A DNA stretch of 46,337 nucleotides from a virus (taxonomy: Duplodnaviria > Heunggongvirae > Uroviricota > Caudoviricetes). Of the stretch, positions 34,771-42,810 are shown piece after piece (within the stretch, counting starts at the first letter, position 1; every line of letters starts with the position of its first letter). A program made the position numbers and the translations under genes. The stretch lies in IMG/VR virus record IMGVR_UViG_2740892428_000001, positions 1-46,337 of that record; one strand, written 5' to 3'. A model generated the notes under the pieces. It was given only the letters and a program-made list of their open reading frames with translations, was not told the origin of the DNA and made no database searches.

Positions 34771-35264
34771 TAAGCCCCCACGAAATTCCCTGACAGATAC
34801 CACTCTTCACCCGATGCAGCGCGCTTGCTGCTTTTCCGTAAGCACCGCTCACGACGTGCCAGAAAATTGTTTCGTTCTGGCTGGGAGTGGCTTTCACGGA
34901 ATGCCGCCATCCACACGGTTGCAGCACGACGGTATAAGCCCCTTGACTCCAGTTCTTCAGCCTGGCGGGTCAGGCACAAAATCACCCGGGGATCGTTAGT
35001 GCCGACATAGAAATTGCGCACAGGTCTGGTTTCACGAACTGGTTGTGGTTCCGGCTCCTGCGCTCTCTCAGTCAGGCGTGGGAAATGTCTGCGTGTATCT
35101 CCTTCACAACGGTGAGCCACACGCCCACTCTGACGTAACTTGCTTGCTGACTGCAGAACGCGCTGCCGTGAGTAACCTGCAAAAGCATCCGCAATGTCTC
35201 CGGAAGTACACCCCGGATGGGCTTCAATGAATTTCTGAACTTCATTCAAAAGACTCATGATCAC
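34770..35264 (-). CDS. hypothetical regulator-like protein (winged-helix-like N-terminus; possible PerC-like motif)
   Basis: 164 aa; the C-terminal LESRGLYRRAATVWMAA resembles the PerC-family signature as I recall it (weak); start overlaps the replication-gene stop (ATGA). Confidence 0.4.
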   Translation of the reverse strand: MIMSLLNEVQKFIEAHPGCTSGDIADAFAGYSRQRVLQSASKLRQSGRVAHRCEGDTRRHFPRLTERAQEPEPQPVRETRPVRNFYVGTNDPRVILCLTRQAEELESRGLYRRAATVWMAAFRESHSQPERNNFLARRERCLRKSSKRAASGEEWYLSGNFVGA

Positions 35265-36067
35265 CCCCTGAATCCTGCCGGGATCTGGCTGTAGTCCACG
35301 TTGTCGTAACTGGCTTTGAAGTACGGGTCCTCACGTCTGGCTGCAGATACCGCAGGAACTTCCCAGGATTCTTCGAAATGACGATCCGGGCCAAAGAACG
35401 TGACAGCCTGTTTCACAAATTGTGTGCCGCTGTTACCCATCGCAGATACCCAGCCCGCGTAGCGTTTCACACCTTCCAGCATGGTTTCGGGGTTTACCCC
35501 CTCATTCAAACGGGCTTTCCAGGCTTTGAAGGCTGCAGATTTTGAATTGCCACCAGCACGTTTGGGATATACCAGCCATGCCTGCTCAAACTCCGGAGAG
35601 TATTCCGGTCGGTTTGAACGAACTCGCACGGACTCATCAACTGATGCACCAACAGCTATTGGTTCATTGACTGGTTCAAAAGAGTGACTGGTTCTGGGTG
35701 AATCTCCTGCACTACCCCCTGGTGCAACTCCTGCACTACCTGGTGAATTTGCTGCACCAGATAGTGAATTATTTGCACTACCCCCTAGTGAATCTCCTGC
35801 ACCATCAAGATGAAGGAGATAGATATTACTTGAGTTACCTTTTTCACCTTTCCGGGTGACTTTTTTTACCAGCCCGGACTCACAAAGGGCCGCAATATGA
35901 TTCATCACAGAACGTTTGCTAATCTCGCACTGGTCAGCAATATGCTGGTAGCTGGGCCAGCACTCACCCTGATCGCTGGCATTATCAGCCAGCTTGATCA
36001 GAACCAGTTTTCGCAATGGATTACCCACTCGAATTTTCATCGCTTTAACCATCAGCTCCATACTCAT
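35261..36067 (-). CDS. replication initiator / replisome organiser (O-like), N-terminal HTH
   Basis: 268 aa; N-terminal HTH (NPLRKLVLIKLADNASDQGECWPSYQHIADQCEISKRSV); Gly/Ser/Ala-rich linker encoded by the iteron-like repeats; C-terminal domain. Confidence 0.6.
   Translation of the reverse strand: MSMELMVKAMKIRVGNPLRKLVLIKLADNASDQGECWPSYQHIADQCEISKRSVMNHIAALCESGLVKKVTRKGEKGNSSNIYLLHLDGAGDSLGGSANNSLSGAANSPGSAGVAPGGSAGDSPRTSHSFEPVNEPIAVGASVDESVRVRSNRPEYSPEFEQAWLVYPKRAGGNSKSAAFKAWKARLNEGVNPETMLEGVKRYAGWVSAMGNSGTQFVKQAVTFFGPDRHFEESWEVPAVSAARREDPYFKASYDNVDYSQIPAGFRG
35694..35803. repeat. iteron-like direct repeats (candidate replication origin) inside the initiator gene
   Basis: About four imperfect ~23-28 bp direct repeats of the unit (GGTGAAT)CTCCTGCACTACC(CCC)TGGTG, followed by a short AT-rich stretch; lambda ori likewise lies inside O. 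Confidence 0.5.
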
Positions 36068-36288
36068 GCTGCACCTCCGAGATGCTTCATGTTTTTTCCG
36101 GAGCGAAAGGCTATAAGCGGCATACTGACGCGGTAATTACGGCCCAGCGGTTCACAAATCACCTTCTGACATTCACGGTCAACCAGGCTAACACGTAGAA
36201 CATGCCCTGCAGGTGTGGTGTACCACTGACCCGGACGAGGACAACGGAAAGTCTGATTGGTAAACCGTTTGAAAATATTCCGGATCAT
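36064..36288 (-). CDS. hypothetical small protein, translationally coupled on both sides
   Basis: 74 aa; ATGA overlaps with the upstream Rha stop and the downstream initiator start. Confidence 0.35.
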   Translation of the reverse strand: MIRNIFKRFTNQTFRCPRPGQWYTTPAGHVLRVSLVDRECQKVICEPLGRNYRVSMPLIAFRSGKNMKHLGGAA

Positions 36289-37433
36289 TTGCGCCCCCTT
36301 ACCTCTGAAGGGTTCAGCGACAAATTTATGAGGCAGGCCAGCGCCGAAGCATCATTAATATAGTCATACAAGCTAACAGCCAGCGGAGATTCGGCTTTTG
36401 CCAACATAGGATAAAGCTGCTGCAGCCAGACCTGATGAATTGATGAAATGTAGGAATAGAGAACGCTGGCGTTATGTGCAACGTCGCTCGGTACAGGGGG
36501 TTTTGAAAGCTGTTTCTCCATCTGGTTAAAGGCATTGATATATGCCTCTTTGAACTGGGCAGCACGTTTACCCGTGAAACCCATAGCAAGAAACGCAAAG
36601 CCGTCGCGGGTTATTTGATAGCAAGGTAGTTTGCGGCCTGATGCGTCGATGTACTCACTGAGCTGAAAATTCAGCTCAGTAAATTCGGCAGAGCATTCAA
36701 GAGACGCAATTTTTTGAATGACATTTTTGTGTTGTTTGCCGAAATAACTAGCAACAGCCAGAGAAGAAGTAACAACTTTGTCTGCAATAATGCAAAGTTC
36801 AGGTTGTACTAAGGCAGGGATCGTAGCCATGATGGCAGCCTCCGTATGCAATGGATAACTTCCACCACCGGAAACGCCAATTTCGCTGGTGGTGAACTGA
36901 GCAGGGTTGGCGTAACCGGCGCATACGGAAACCGGCGCACCTTTCGGTGCCCCCACCCAGCCCACCATAATTTGGGTATAGCTGAGTTGTAGCAACAAAA
37001 AAGACGCTAACGCGCCAATTGTCGCCGTATGCAATTCCAGGACGCCAATCCCGGCACCCGCTTTATAAGGTGCCTGAACAGTGTAACGTCCCGGAATGGC
37101 AGAATCAATGTGCTGGTGGTCCTTCACACTCAACAAAATCACGCCTGAATTTCCACAAAGGACTAAAGCACTCATGCGGGTAGTCTTTGCGAAGATAGAT
37201 AACGCGCTGTGTTTCTGGTTCCCAACGAATAACATGAACATAAAGCCCTCTTCCGTCACGAAACCAGCGGTTAAGTTCCTGCACAACTCGCCCCCCACAG
37301 TCAGGTAAAGTTCTCTGTGGTTACTTACAGCCAGGTGATTTGGTAATCTGCATTCATGCCGTAACAACAGGTGTTCAGAGACGCTGACCACCAGCTGTTG
37401 CGACAAACGGTTATTTGCCGTTAAACTGTTCAT
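36285..37433 (-). CDS. Rha-family phage regulatory protein; long ORF whose N-terminal ~200 codons are of uncertain coding status
   Basis: The C-terminal 182 aa (from MATIPALVQPELCIIADKVVTSSLAVASYFGKQHKNVIQKI, internal ATG at 36830 with a GGAGG RBS) is Rha-like; the frame stays open up to an ATG at 37433 that overlaps the YdaT-like stop. Confidence 0.45.
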   Translation of the reverse strand: MNSLTANNRLSQQLVVSVSEHLLLRHECRLPNHLAVSNHRELYLTVGGELCRNLTAGFVTEEGFMFMLFVGNQKHSALSIFAKTTRMSALVLCGNSGVILLSVKDHQHIDSAIPGRYTVQAPYKAGAGIGVLELHTATIGALASFLLLQLSYTQIMVGWVGAPKGAPVSVCAGYANPAQFTTSEIGVSGGGSYPLHTEAAIMATIPALVQPELCIIADKVVTSSLAVASYFGKQHKNVIQKIASLECSAEFTELNFQLSEYIDASGRKLPCYQITRDGFAFLAMGFTGKRAAQFKEAYINAFNQMEKQLSKPPVPSDVAHNASVLYSYISSIHQVWLQQLYPMLAKAESPLAVSLYDYINDASALACLINLSLNPSEVRGRK

Positions 37434-37981
37434 GCGTTAGTTTCTCCACAGACACAAAACGCCACGACGCCCGGAGCTGCACACTCGCGGGCGTCACTCT
37501 TTTCTGGAGCGCAAAAGATTTTGTAGACCAGTGCTGCATGCTCCTGGAGCTTCGAAATTGACAGATACAACTCATCATTAATTGCTGTCTGCTCGTGTGG
37601 CTCCACTACCCCATCTTCGATTGCCGAACGAATCTGTTTTGAGTAACTCCCGATCTGTTCGATGACTTCCAGCAGGCGCTGGTTTATATCGGCGTTCTCA
37701 ACTTCCTCAATGTCAGGAAGCGATACAAACACCCCACCTGCAGACTGTGCGACAGCATCCGCAATGTAGTGAGTGCCAGCCGCGCGCTGTAAAATCATTG
37801 CCCATCCCAGCGGGAAAATCTGATTGCCATCTGCACGAAGGCGGTTGAATAAAGCGTTCTCTGTTACATCCAGCCACTCAGCAGCTTCAGCGTAACCCCC
37901 CGGCAACGCCGCGATAGTTTTTCTGACAGCTTTCACGTACCACTCAGGCTGTTTTTCCACTTTCCAGTGATGCTTACCCAC
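37430..37981 (-). CDS. YdaT-like protein (candidate CII-type regulator)
   Basis: 183 aa immediately downstream of the cro-like gene; resembles YdaT proteins of E. coli cryptic prophages as recalled. Confidence 0.45.
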   Translation of the reverse strand: MGKHHWKVEKQPEWYVKAVRKTIAALPGGYAEAAEWLDVTENALFNRLRADGNQIFPLGWAMILQRAAGTHYIADAVAQSAGGVFVSLPDIEEVENADINQRLLEVIEQIGSYSKQIRSAIEDGVVEPHEQTAINDELYLSISKLQEHAALVYKIFCAPEKSDARECAAPGVVAFCVCGETNA

Positions 37982-38234
37982 GGCTTACCTCCTGTTCCTG
38001 TGGTTTAAACCCATTCTGGTTTTGGCTAGATTGAAAACGTGCCGGATAAAGAATCTGCATTTCGCTGATTTCACCCTTAAAAAAATTGGCCAGACGCTCT
38101 GCAAGATCGATAGATGGAATTTGTTCCAGTCTCTCAATACGACTCAGCGTTGCTGGATTAACCTGAACGCCCGCAGCAACATGCTGCAAAGTAAACCCGT
38201 GCGCCTTACGCACATTTCGTAATGGTGATTGCAT
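37974..38234 (-). CDS. cro: Cro-like XRE-family HTH regulator
   Basis: 86 aa; HTH (GFTLQHVAAGVQVNPATLSRIERLEQ); divergent from cI; GGAGG RBS 5 nt upstream of the ATG. Confidence 0.75.
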   Translation of the reverse strand: MQSPLRNVRKAHGFTLQHVAAGVQVNPATLSRIERLEQIPSIDLAERLANFFKGEISEMQILYPARFQSSQNQNGFKPQEQEVSRG

Positions 38235-38245
38235 ATAACCTCCAC

Positions 38246-38313
38246 ATATTGCGTGATGAGCATATTATTTCACGCAAATATTTTGCGCAAGTTGATTTGC
38301 TTAACGCGCAATA
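38246..38313. promoter_or_regulatory. OR-like operator/promoter region between cro and cI
   Basis: Dyads ATTGCGTGATGAGCATA (38248-38264) and TTTGCTTAACGCGCAAT (38296-38312) fit TTGC-N7-GCAA; candidate pR on the minus strand with -35 TTGCGC (38285-38290) and -10 TAATAT (38262-38267). Confidence 0.5.
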
Positions 38314-38331
38314 AAGAAATGTAATAAACGC

Positions 38332-39024
38332 ATGAACATAGGAAACCGAGTCAGACAACTTCGCCAGGCGAAGAACATGAAAATCGCCGATCTCGCTGAA
38401 GCAATAGGAGTGGATGCGGCGAATATCTCGCGCCTGGAAACAGGTAAGCAGAAACAATTCACTGAACAAGCCCTGAGTAATATTGCCAGGAGCTTAGGTG
38501 TTGATATTGCTGATCTCTTTACCTCAGACGTCAAAAGTAATACTGTATGTAAAAACAGTATTGGTGAGGATGTTGCGCAGGTGAAGGATGTATTCCGTAT
38601 TGAAATGCTGGATGTCAGTGCCAGTGCGGGAAATGGCCTTATCCAGGGCGGTGATGTCATTGATGTGATTCATGCCATTGAATACAGAACTGATAATGCT
38701 GTATCGATGTTTGGCGGACGACCAGCCAATCACATTAAAGTTATCAACGTTCGTGGGGACAGTATGTGTCCAACCATTGAGCCAGGAGATCTCATCTTCG
38801 TTGATGTCAGTATCAATCAGTTTGATGGAGATGGTATCTATGTATTTGGTTTTGATGATAAAATTTATGTCAAACGACTGCAAATGATACCTGACAAACT
38901 ACTGGTGATATCTGATAACCAGATTTACCGTGAATGGGGAATTACCAGCGAAAATGAACACCGGTTTATGGTCTTTGGAAAGGTCTTAATCAGCCAGTCA
39001 CAAACCCTTAAACGACACAATTAA
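38332..39024 (+). CDS. cI: CI-like repressor (N-terminal XRE HTH, C-terminal S24 LexA-like peptidase domain)
   Basis: 230 aa; HTH (MKIADLAEAIGVDAANISRLETGKQ); C-terminal GDSMCPTIEPGDLIFVD...KIYVKRL with the Ser and Lys of the S24 autocleavage dyad. Confidence 0.9.
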   Translation: MNIGNRVRQLRQAKNMKIADLAEAIGVDAANISRLETGKQKQFTEQALSNIARSLGVDIADLFTSDVKSNTVCKNSIGEDVAQVKDVFRIEMLDVSASAGNGLIQGGDVIDVIHAIEYRTDNAVSMFGGRPANHIKVINVRGDSMCPTIEPGDLIFVDVSINQFDGDGIYVFGFDDKIYVKRLQMIPDKLLVISDNQIYREWGITSENEHRFMVFGKVLISQSQTLKRHN

Positions 39025-39044
39025 CCCTTACTTCCTCATCAATT

Positions 39045-39070
39045 AGCCACCCGAAGGTGGCTTTTCATTA
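39045..39070 (+). terminator. intrinsic terminator after cI
   Basis: AGCCACC-cgaa-GGTGGCT followed by TTTTCATT, 21 nt after the cI stop. Confidence 0.6.
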
Positions 39071-39078
39071 CCCATCAA

Positions 39079-39132
39079 ATTGCATATCTCGCAATAAAAA
39101 CACTTGCATAATGCGCAACTTCATTTTATCTT
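39079..39132 (+). promoter_or_regulatory. OL-like operators and pL-like promoter
   Basis: Two 17-bp dyads ATTGCATATCTCGCAAT (39079-39095) and CTTGCATAATGCGCAAC (39103-39119) fit TTGC-N7-GCAA; -35 TTGCAT (39104-39109) and -10 TATCTT (39127-39132) on the + strand. Confidence 0.5.
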
Positions 39133-39533
39133 TCTTTCCAGACCAACAAACAAGGTACTAACAAAATTTGGTTGTAACACGGCGTATGGCACATGCGTCG
39201 TTAGCGGTCTGGGGACGTTAAAGGGGACAATCCACTCCTTGCTCGGGCAAACAAACCAGGTAGCCGGAATGTGCAAGTCAATGATGATGCTGATAAGACG
39301 CCTAACCAGCGCGGCGATCCGGTTTGACGCCTGGGAAGAGACCAGGGTGCAACGATGAGGGCATTTATGGAACCGCGACAAAGTGTGGTGCCGTAACTGG
39401 CTAAGTGCTCTCAGCGTTGTGGTAATCCGCGAAATGGCGCGGCGGTAAGTATGGCGGGGTTACTCTTTCCCCGTTGAGGACACCGGATTGTCAGGTTGAC
39501 CATACGCCTGAGTGACAACCCCACCACAACAGC

Positions 39534-39580
39534 CACTGCTTTGGCGGTACCAGTTTGTACACTTGCTTCCGGCTGGTACC
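39534..39580 (+). terminator. terminator-like hairpin inside the early-left leader
   Basis: Perfect 10-bp stem GCGGTACCAG/CTGGTACCGC (39534-39543 with 39563-39572), 19-nt loop, then TCTTTTTA. Confidence 0.4.
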
Positions 39581-39581
39581 G

Positions 39582-39666
39582 CTCTTTTTACAAAACAGAG
39601 AAGAGCATCACCGGACGACGGGCTCATAACCCAATCCATCCGGGCGGCTGCCACCGCAGGTGTTCT
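39582..39666 (+). other. 85-nt multi-branched stem-loop element (candidate cis-regulatory RNA or sRNA)
   Basis: 13-bp closing stem AAAACAGAGAAGA/TCTTCTCTGTTTT enclosing GC-rich sub-hairpins (GCGG-ctgcca-CCGC); lies about 60 nt upstream of the first early-left ATG. Confidence 0.3.
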
Positions 39667-39726
39667 TCTCTGTTTTGTGGAGAAACCAACCGGCCTTGCA
39701 GGGTCGATATGATGAGGAGCAGCAAA

Positions 39727-40089
39727 ATGGCTAGCGAACGCAGTACTGATGTGCAGGCATTTATCGGGGAGCTGGACGGCGGCGTATTTGAAACCAAAAT
39801 CGGCGCAGTTCTCAGTGAAGTCGCTTCCGGTGTGATGAACACGAAAACCAAAGGTAAGGTCTCGCTCAACCTGGAAATCGAACCGTTTGATGAGAACCGT
39901 GTGAAAATCAAGCACAAACTCTCATATGTTCGCCCGACTAACCGCGGGAAAATTTCCGAAGAAGACACCACCGAAACGCCGATGTATGTCAATCGCGGTG
40001 GTCGCCTGACTATTCTGCAGGAAGACCAGGGACAATTACTGACTCTTGCCGGTGAACCTGACGGAAAACTCCGCGCAGCAGGTCATTAA
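39727..40089 (+). CDS. hypothetical early protein (YfdP-like, 120 aa)
   Basis: ATG with a GAGGAG RBS 7 nt upstream; the six-frame ORF extends upstream (39496) through the structured leader, which I discount. Confidence 0.5.
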   Translation: MASERSTDVQAFIGELDGGVFETKIGAVLSEVASGVMNTKTKGKVSLNLEIEPFDENRVKIKHKLSYVRPTNRGKISEEDTTETPMYVNRGGRLTILQEDQGQLLTLAGEPDGKLRAAGH

Positions 40090-40154
40090 TATCGTTCTTA
40101 ATTAACTGATTATTTATCTCATCACTGAATATCTTTATATAGTGAGGACTTATT

Positions 40155-40979
40155 ATGTCTCAGAACTTAGACGCAACCGCAATTAATCAAATCCATGCCC
40201 TTATTTCTGCTCAGGGTGTTAATGAAATTATCAGTAAGATTGGTGCCGATGCTGTGGCATTGCCTGAGAATTTCCGCATTCATGATCTGGAAAAATTTAA
40301 TTTAAATCGCTTCCGTTTCCGTGGTGCGCTTTCCACTGCCAGCATCGATGACTTTACCCGTTATTCTAAAGATCTTGCAGATGAAGGCACCCGCTGCTTT
40401 ATCGATGCTGATAATATGCGTGCCGTCAGTGTACTTAACCTGGGTACTATTGATGAACCAGGTCACGCAGATAACACCGCCACTCTCAAACTGAAAAAGA
40501 CAGCACCGTTCTCTGCTCTGTTGTCTGTTAACGGCGAGCGTAACTCCCAGAAGTCACTGGCAGAATGGATTGAAGACTGGGCCGACTACCTTGTGGGCTT
40601 TGATGCTAATGGTGACGCTATTCAGGCAACAAAAGCGGCTGCGGCAGTCCGTAAAATCACGATTGAAGCAAACCAGACCGCTGATTTTGAAGATAATGAC
40701 TTCAGCGGCAAACGCTCCCTGATGGAGTCTGTCGAAGCGAAGACCAAAGACATTATGCCAGTGGCATTTGAATTTAAATGCGTTCCGTTTGAAGGCCTTA
40801 AAGAACGTCCGTTTAAATTACGCCTCAACATTATCACTGGCGATCGTCCTGTACTGGTTCTGCGCATTATTCAGCTGGAAGCAGTGCAGGAAGAAATGGC
40901 TAACGAATTTCGTGATCTGCTTGTTGAGAAATTTAAAGACAGCAAAGTAGAAACCTTTATTGGTACTTTCACCGCCTGA
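40155..40979 (+). CDS. DUF2303/YfdQ-like protein
   Basis: 274 aa with a GAGGA RBS; size and position match yfdQ-type genes of E. coli prophages (recalled). Confidence 0.55.
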   Translation: MSQNLDATAINQIHALISAQGVNEIISKIGADAVALPENFRIHDLEKFNLNRFRFRGALSTASIDDFTRYSKDLADEGTRCFIDADNMRAVSVLNLGTIDEPGHADNTATLKLKKTAPFSALLSVNGERNSQKSLAEWIEDWADYLVGFDANGDAIQATKAAAAVRKITIEANQTADFEDNDFSGKRSLMESVEAKTKDIMPVAFEFKCVPFEGLKERPFKLRLNIITGDRPVLVLRIIQLEAVQEEMANEFRDLLVEKFKDSKVETFIGTFTA

Positions 40980-41106
40980 TTTCATTACTGCAAATGCCCC
41001 TGCGGGGGCATTTATGGAAACATAATTTACTCAATAATCGCCGGATGGTGATGGCTTCCTTTTACCAGAATTCAGCGCGGTACAGCGCATATACGTGGAG
41101 AACAAT

Positions 41107-41643
41107 ATGTCATTTATTAAAACTTTTTCCGGGAAGCATTTTTATTATGACAGGATAAATAAAGACGACATCGTTATTAACGATATCGCGGTTTCCCTTT
41201 CAAATATCTGTCGCTTTGCAGGACATCTTTCACACTTCTACAGCGTCGCCCAACATGCGGTGCTTTGCAGCCAGCTGGTACCGCAGGAATTTGCTTTTGA
41301 AGCGTTAATGCATGATGCAACAGAAGCATATTGCCAGGACATCCCCGCACCACTGAAACGCCTTCTTCCTGACTATAAACGGATGGAAGAAAAAATAGAC
41401 GTCGTCATCCGTGAGAAATACGGATTACCCCCGGTTATGAGCACGCCCGTGAAATATGCCGATCTCATCATGCTGGCAACCGAACGCCGCGATCTCGGGC
41501 TTGATGATGGCTCTTTCTGGCCTGTACTGGAAGGTATCCCGGCGACAGAGATGTTCAAAGTTATTCCACTGTCACCAGGCCATGCCTACGGGATGTTTAT
41601 GGAACGTTTTAACGAGTTATCGGAGTTACGCAAATGCGCATGA
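41107..41643 (+). CDS. HD-domain phosphohydrolase (YfdR-like 5'-deoxynucleotidase)
   Basis: 178 aa from the ATG at 41107 (GGAG RBS); HD motif (SHFYSVAQHAV...LMHDATEAY); the six-frame ORF starts 4 codons earlier on GTG. Confidence 0.7.
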   Translation: MSFIKTFSGKHFYYDRINKDDIVINDIAVSLSNICRFAGHLSHFYSVAQHAVLCSQLVPQEFAFEALMHDATEAYCQDIPAPLKRLLPDYKRMEEKIDVVIREKYGLPPVMSTPVKYADLIMLATERRDLGLDDGSFWPVLEGIPATEMFKVIPLSPGHAYGMFMERFNELSELRKCA

Positions 41644-41996
41644 ATGTTTTCGAAATGGAAGGGTTTCTTCGCGGGAAATGTGTACCGCGAGATCTGAAAG
41701 TGAACGAAACAAATGCTGAGTACCTGGTACGTAAATTCGATGCGCTTGAAGCTAAATGTGCGGCACTGGAAAACAAAATAATACCAGTGTCAGCTGAACT
41801 ACCACCAGCAAATGAAAGTGTTCTGTTATTTGATGCTAACGGAGAAGGCTGGCTGATTGGCTGGCGTTCTCTCTGGTACACCTGGGGACAAAAAGAAACC
41901 GGAGAATGGCAGTGGACATTTCAGGTCGGGGACATTGAAAGCGTCAATATCACTCACTGGGCAGTAATGCCAAAAGCACCGGAGGCTGGAGCATAA
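41634..41996 (+). CDS. DUF551-like protein (YfdS-like)
   Basis: 120 aa; C-terminal ITHWAVMPKAPE resembles the DUF551 signature; start overlaps the upstream stop. Confidence 0.55.
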   Translation: MRMNVFEMEGFLRGKCVPRDLKVNETNAEYLVRKFDALEAKCAALENKIIPVSAELPPANESVLLFDANGEGWLIGWRSLWYTWGQKETGEWQWTFQVGDIESVNITHWAVMPKAPEAGA

Positions 41997-42616
41997 TGAC
42001 CACATTTACCGATAAAGAACTGATTAAAGAAATCAAAGAGCGTATCAGCAGCCTAGAGGTTCGAGACGATATTGAGCGCCGTGCTTATGAAATTGCTCTG
42101 GCATCGCTGGAAGAGGAGCCGGTGGCATGGCTACATTCAGACAATGGCTTAGGTATTCCAGCAATAACCAGGAGTAAAAACATTGCTGACAGTTGGTTAT
42201 CAAAGGGCTGGTATGTTCAGCCGCTATATATAGCCAAGCCAGTGCCGGTGGTGCCAGATGCTCGTCCGTCTTTAAATAATGGCATAGTCGGTTTTGATGA
42301 AGGCTGGAACGCCTGCCGCGCCACCATGCTTCACGGTGTCAAACCTGTAAGCCAGACTTACAAGTTGAACAAGCTGTCTGGCAACTCTCCGGTAACTCCG
42401 GATGGTTGGATAAGCTGTAGTGAGCGAATGCCGAACGATAAACAATATGTTTGGTGTTGGGGTAAGTCTTACGGCTGGACTGAGTGCGATACCTTCGAAG
42501 GGTATTACGATTGTTCGAGAAACAAATGGTGGGCAGTTACTGACAATGGGGAAGAACCGGCATCGAAAGTAACCCACTGGATGCCGCTACCGGAACCGAC
42601 GCAGGAGGTGAAGTAA
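41996..42616 (+). CDS. DUF551-like protein (YfdT-like)
   Basis: 206 aa; C-terminal DGWISCSERMP...VTHWMPLPEP resembles DUF551; stop overlaps the next start (TAATG). Confidence 0.55.
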   Translation: MTTFTDKELIKEIKERISSLEVRDDIERRAYEIALASLEEEPVAWLHSDNGLGIPAITRSKNIADSWLSKGWYVQPLYIAKPVPVVPDARPSLNNGIVGFDEGWNACRATMLHGVKPVSQTYKLNKLSGNSPVTPDGWISCSERMPNDKQYVWCWGKSYGWTECDTFEGYYDCSRNKWWAVTDNGEEPASKVTHWMPLPEPTQEVK

Positions 42617-42810
42617 TGAACAACTTAATGACAACTAAACAAGTCGCCGACTTCTGTGGCGTTTCAGTATCGACAGTTCTTCGCTGGAACAGCGTAAACC
42701 GGAGAACTGGCCAGAAATACAGACCTGATTTTCCAGATCCTGATATTAAATCATGCCCAAATAAATGGGCGTCACGCAAGATTTACAGGTTTGCAGGAGT
42801 TATTGAATGA
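42616..42810 (+). CDS. AlpA/Xis-like excisionase or small HTH regulator
   Basis: 64 aa; MTTKQVADFCGVSVSTVLRWNS resembles the AlpA-family HTH; position just upstream of the integrase module. Confidence 0.6.
   Translation: MNNLMTTKQVADFCGVSVSTVLRWNSVNRRTGQKYRPDFPDPDIKSCPNKWASRKIYRFAGVIE

Noticed and set aside
37096-37308. 70-aa ORF on the + strand
   Set aside because: Isolated antisense frame within the uncertain region upstream of Rha; the same frame has a stop just upstream and there is no start context.
39104-39381. 84-aa (+) and 86-aa (-) ORFs downstream of cI
   Set aside because: They start inside the inferred pL/OL elements, have no RBS, and sit in a hairpin-dense region; treated as non-coding leader.
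39496-39726. Upstream extension of the 39727 gene (197-aa six-frame ORF)
   Set aside because: The extension runs through the terminator-like hairpin and the multi-branched element and lacks an RBS; the ATG at 39727 has a GAGGAG RBS.
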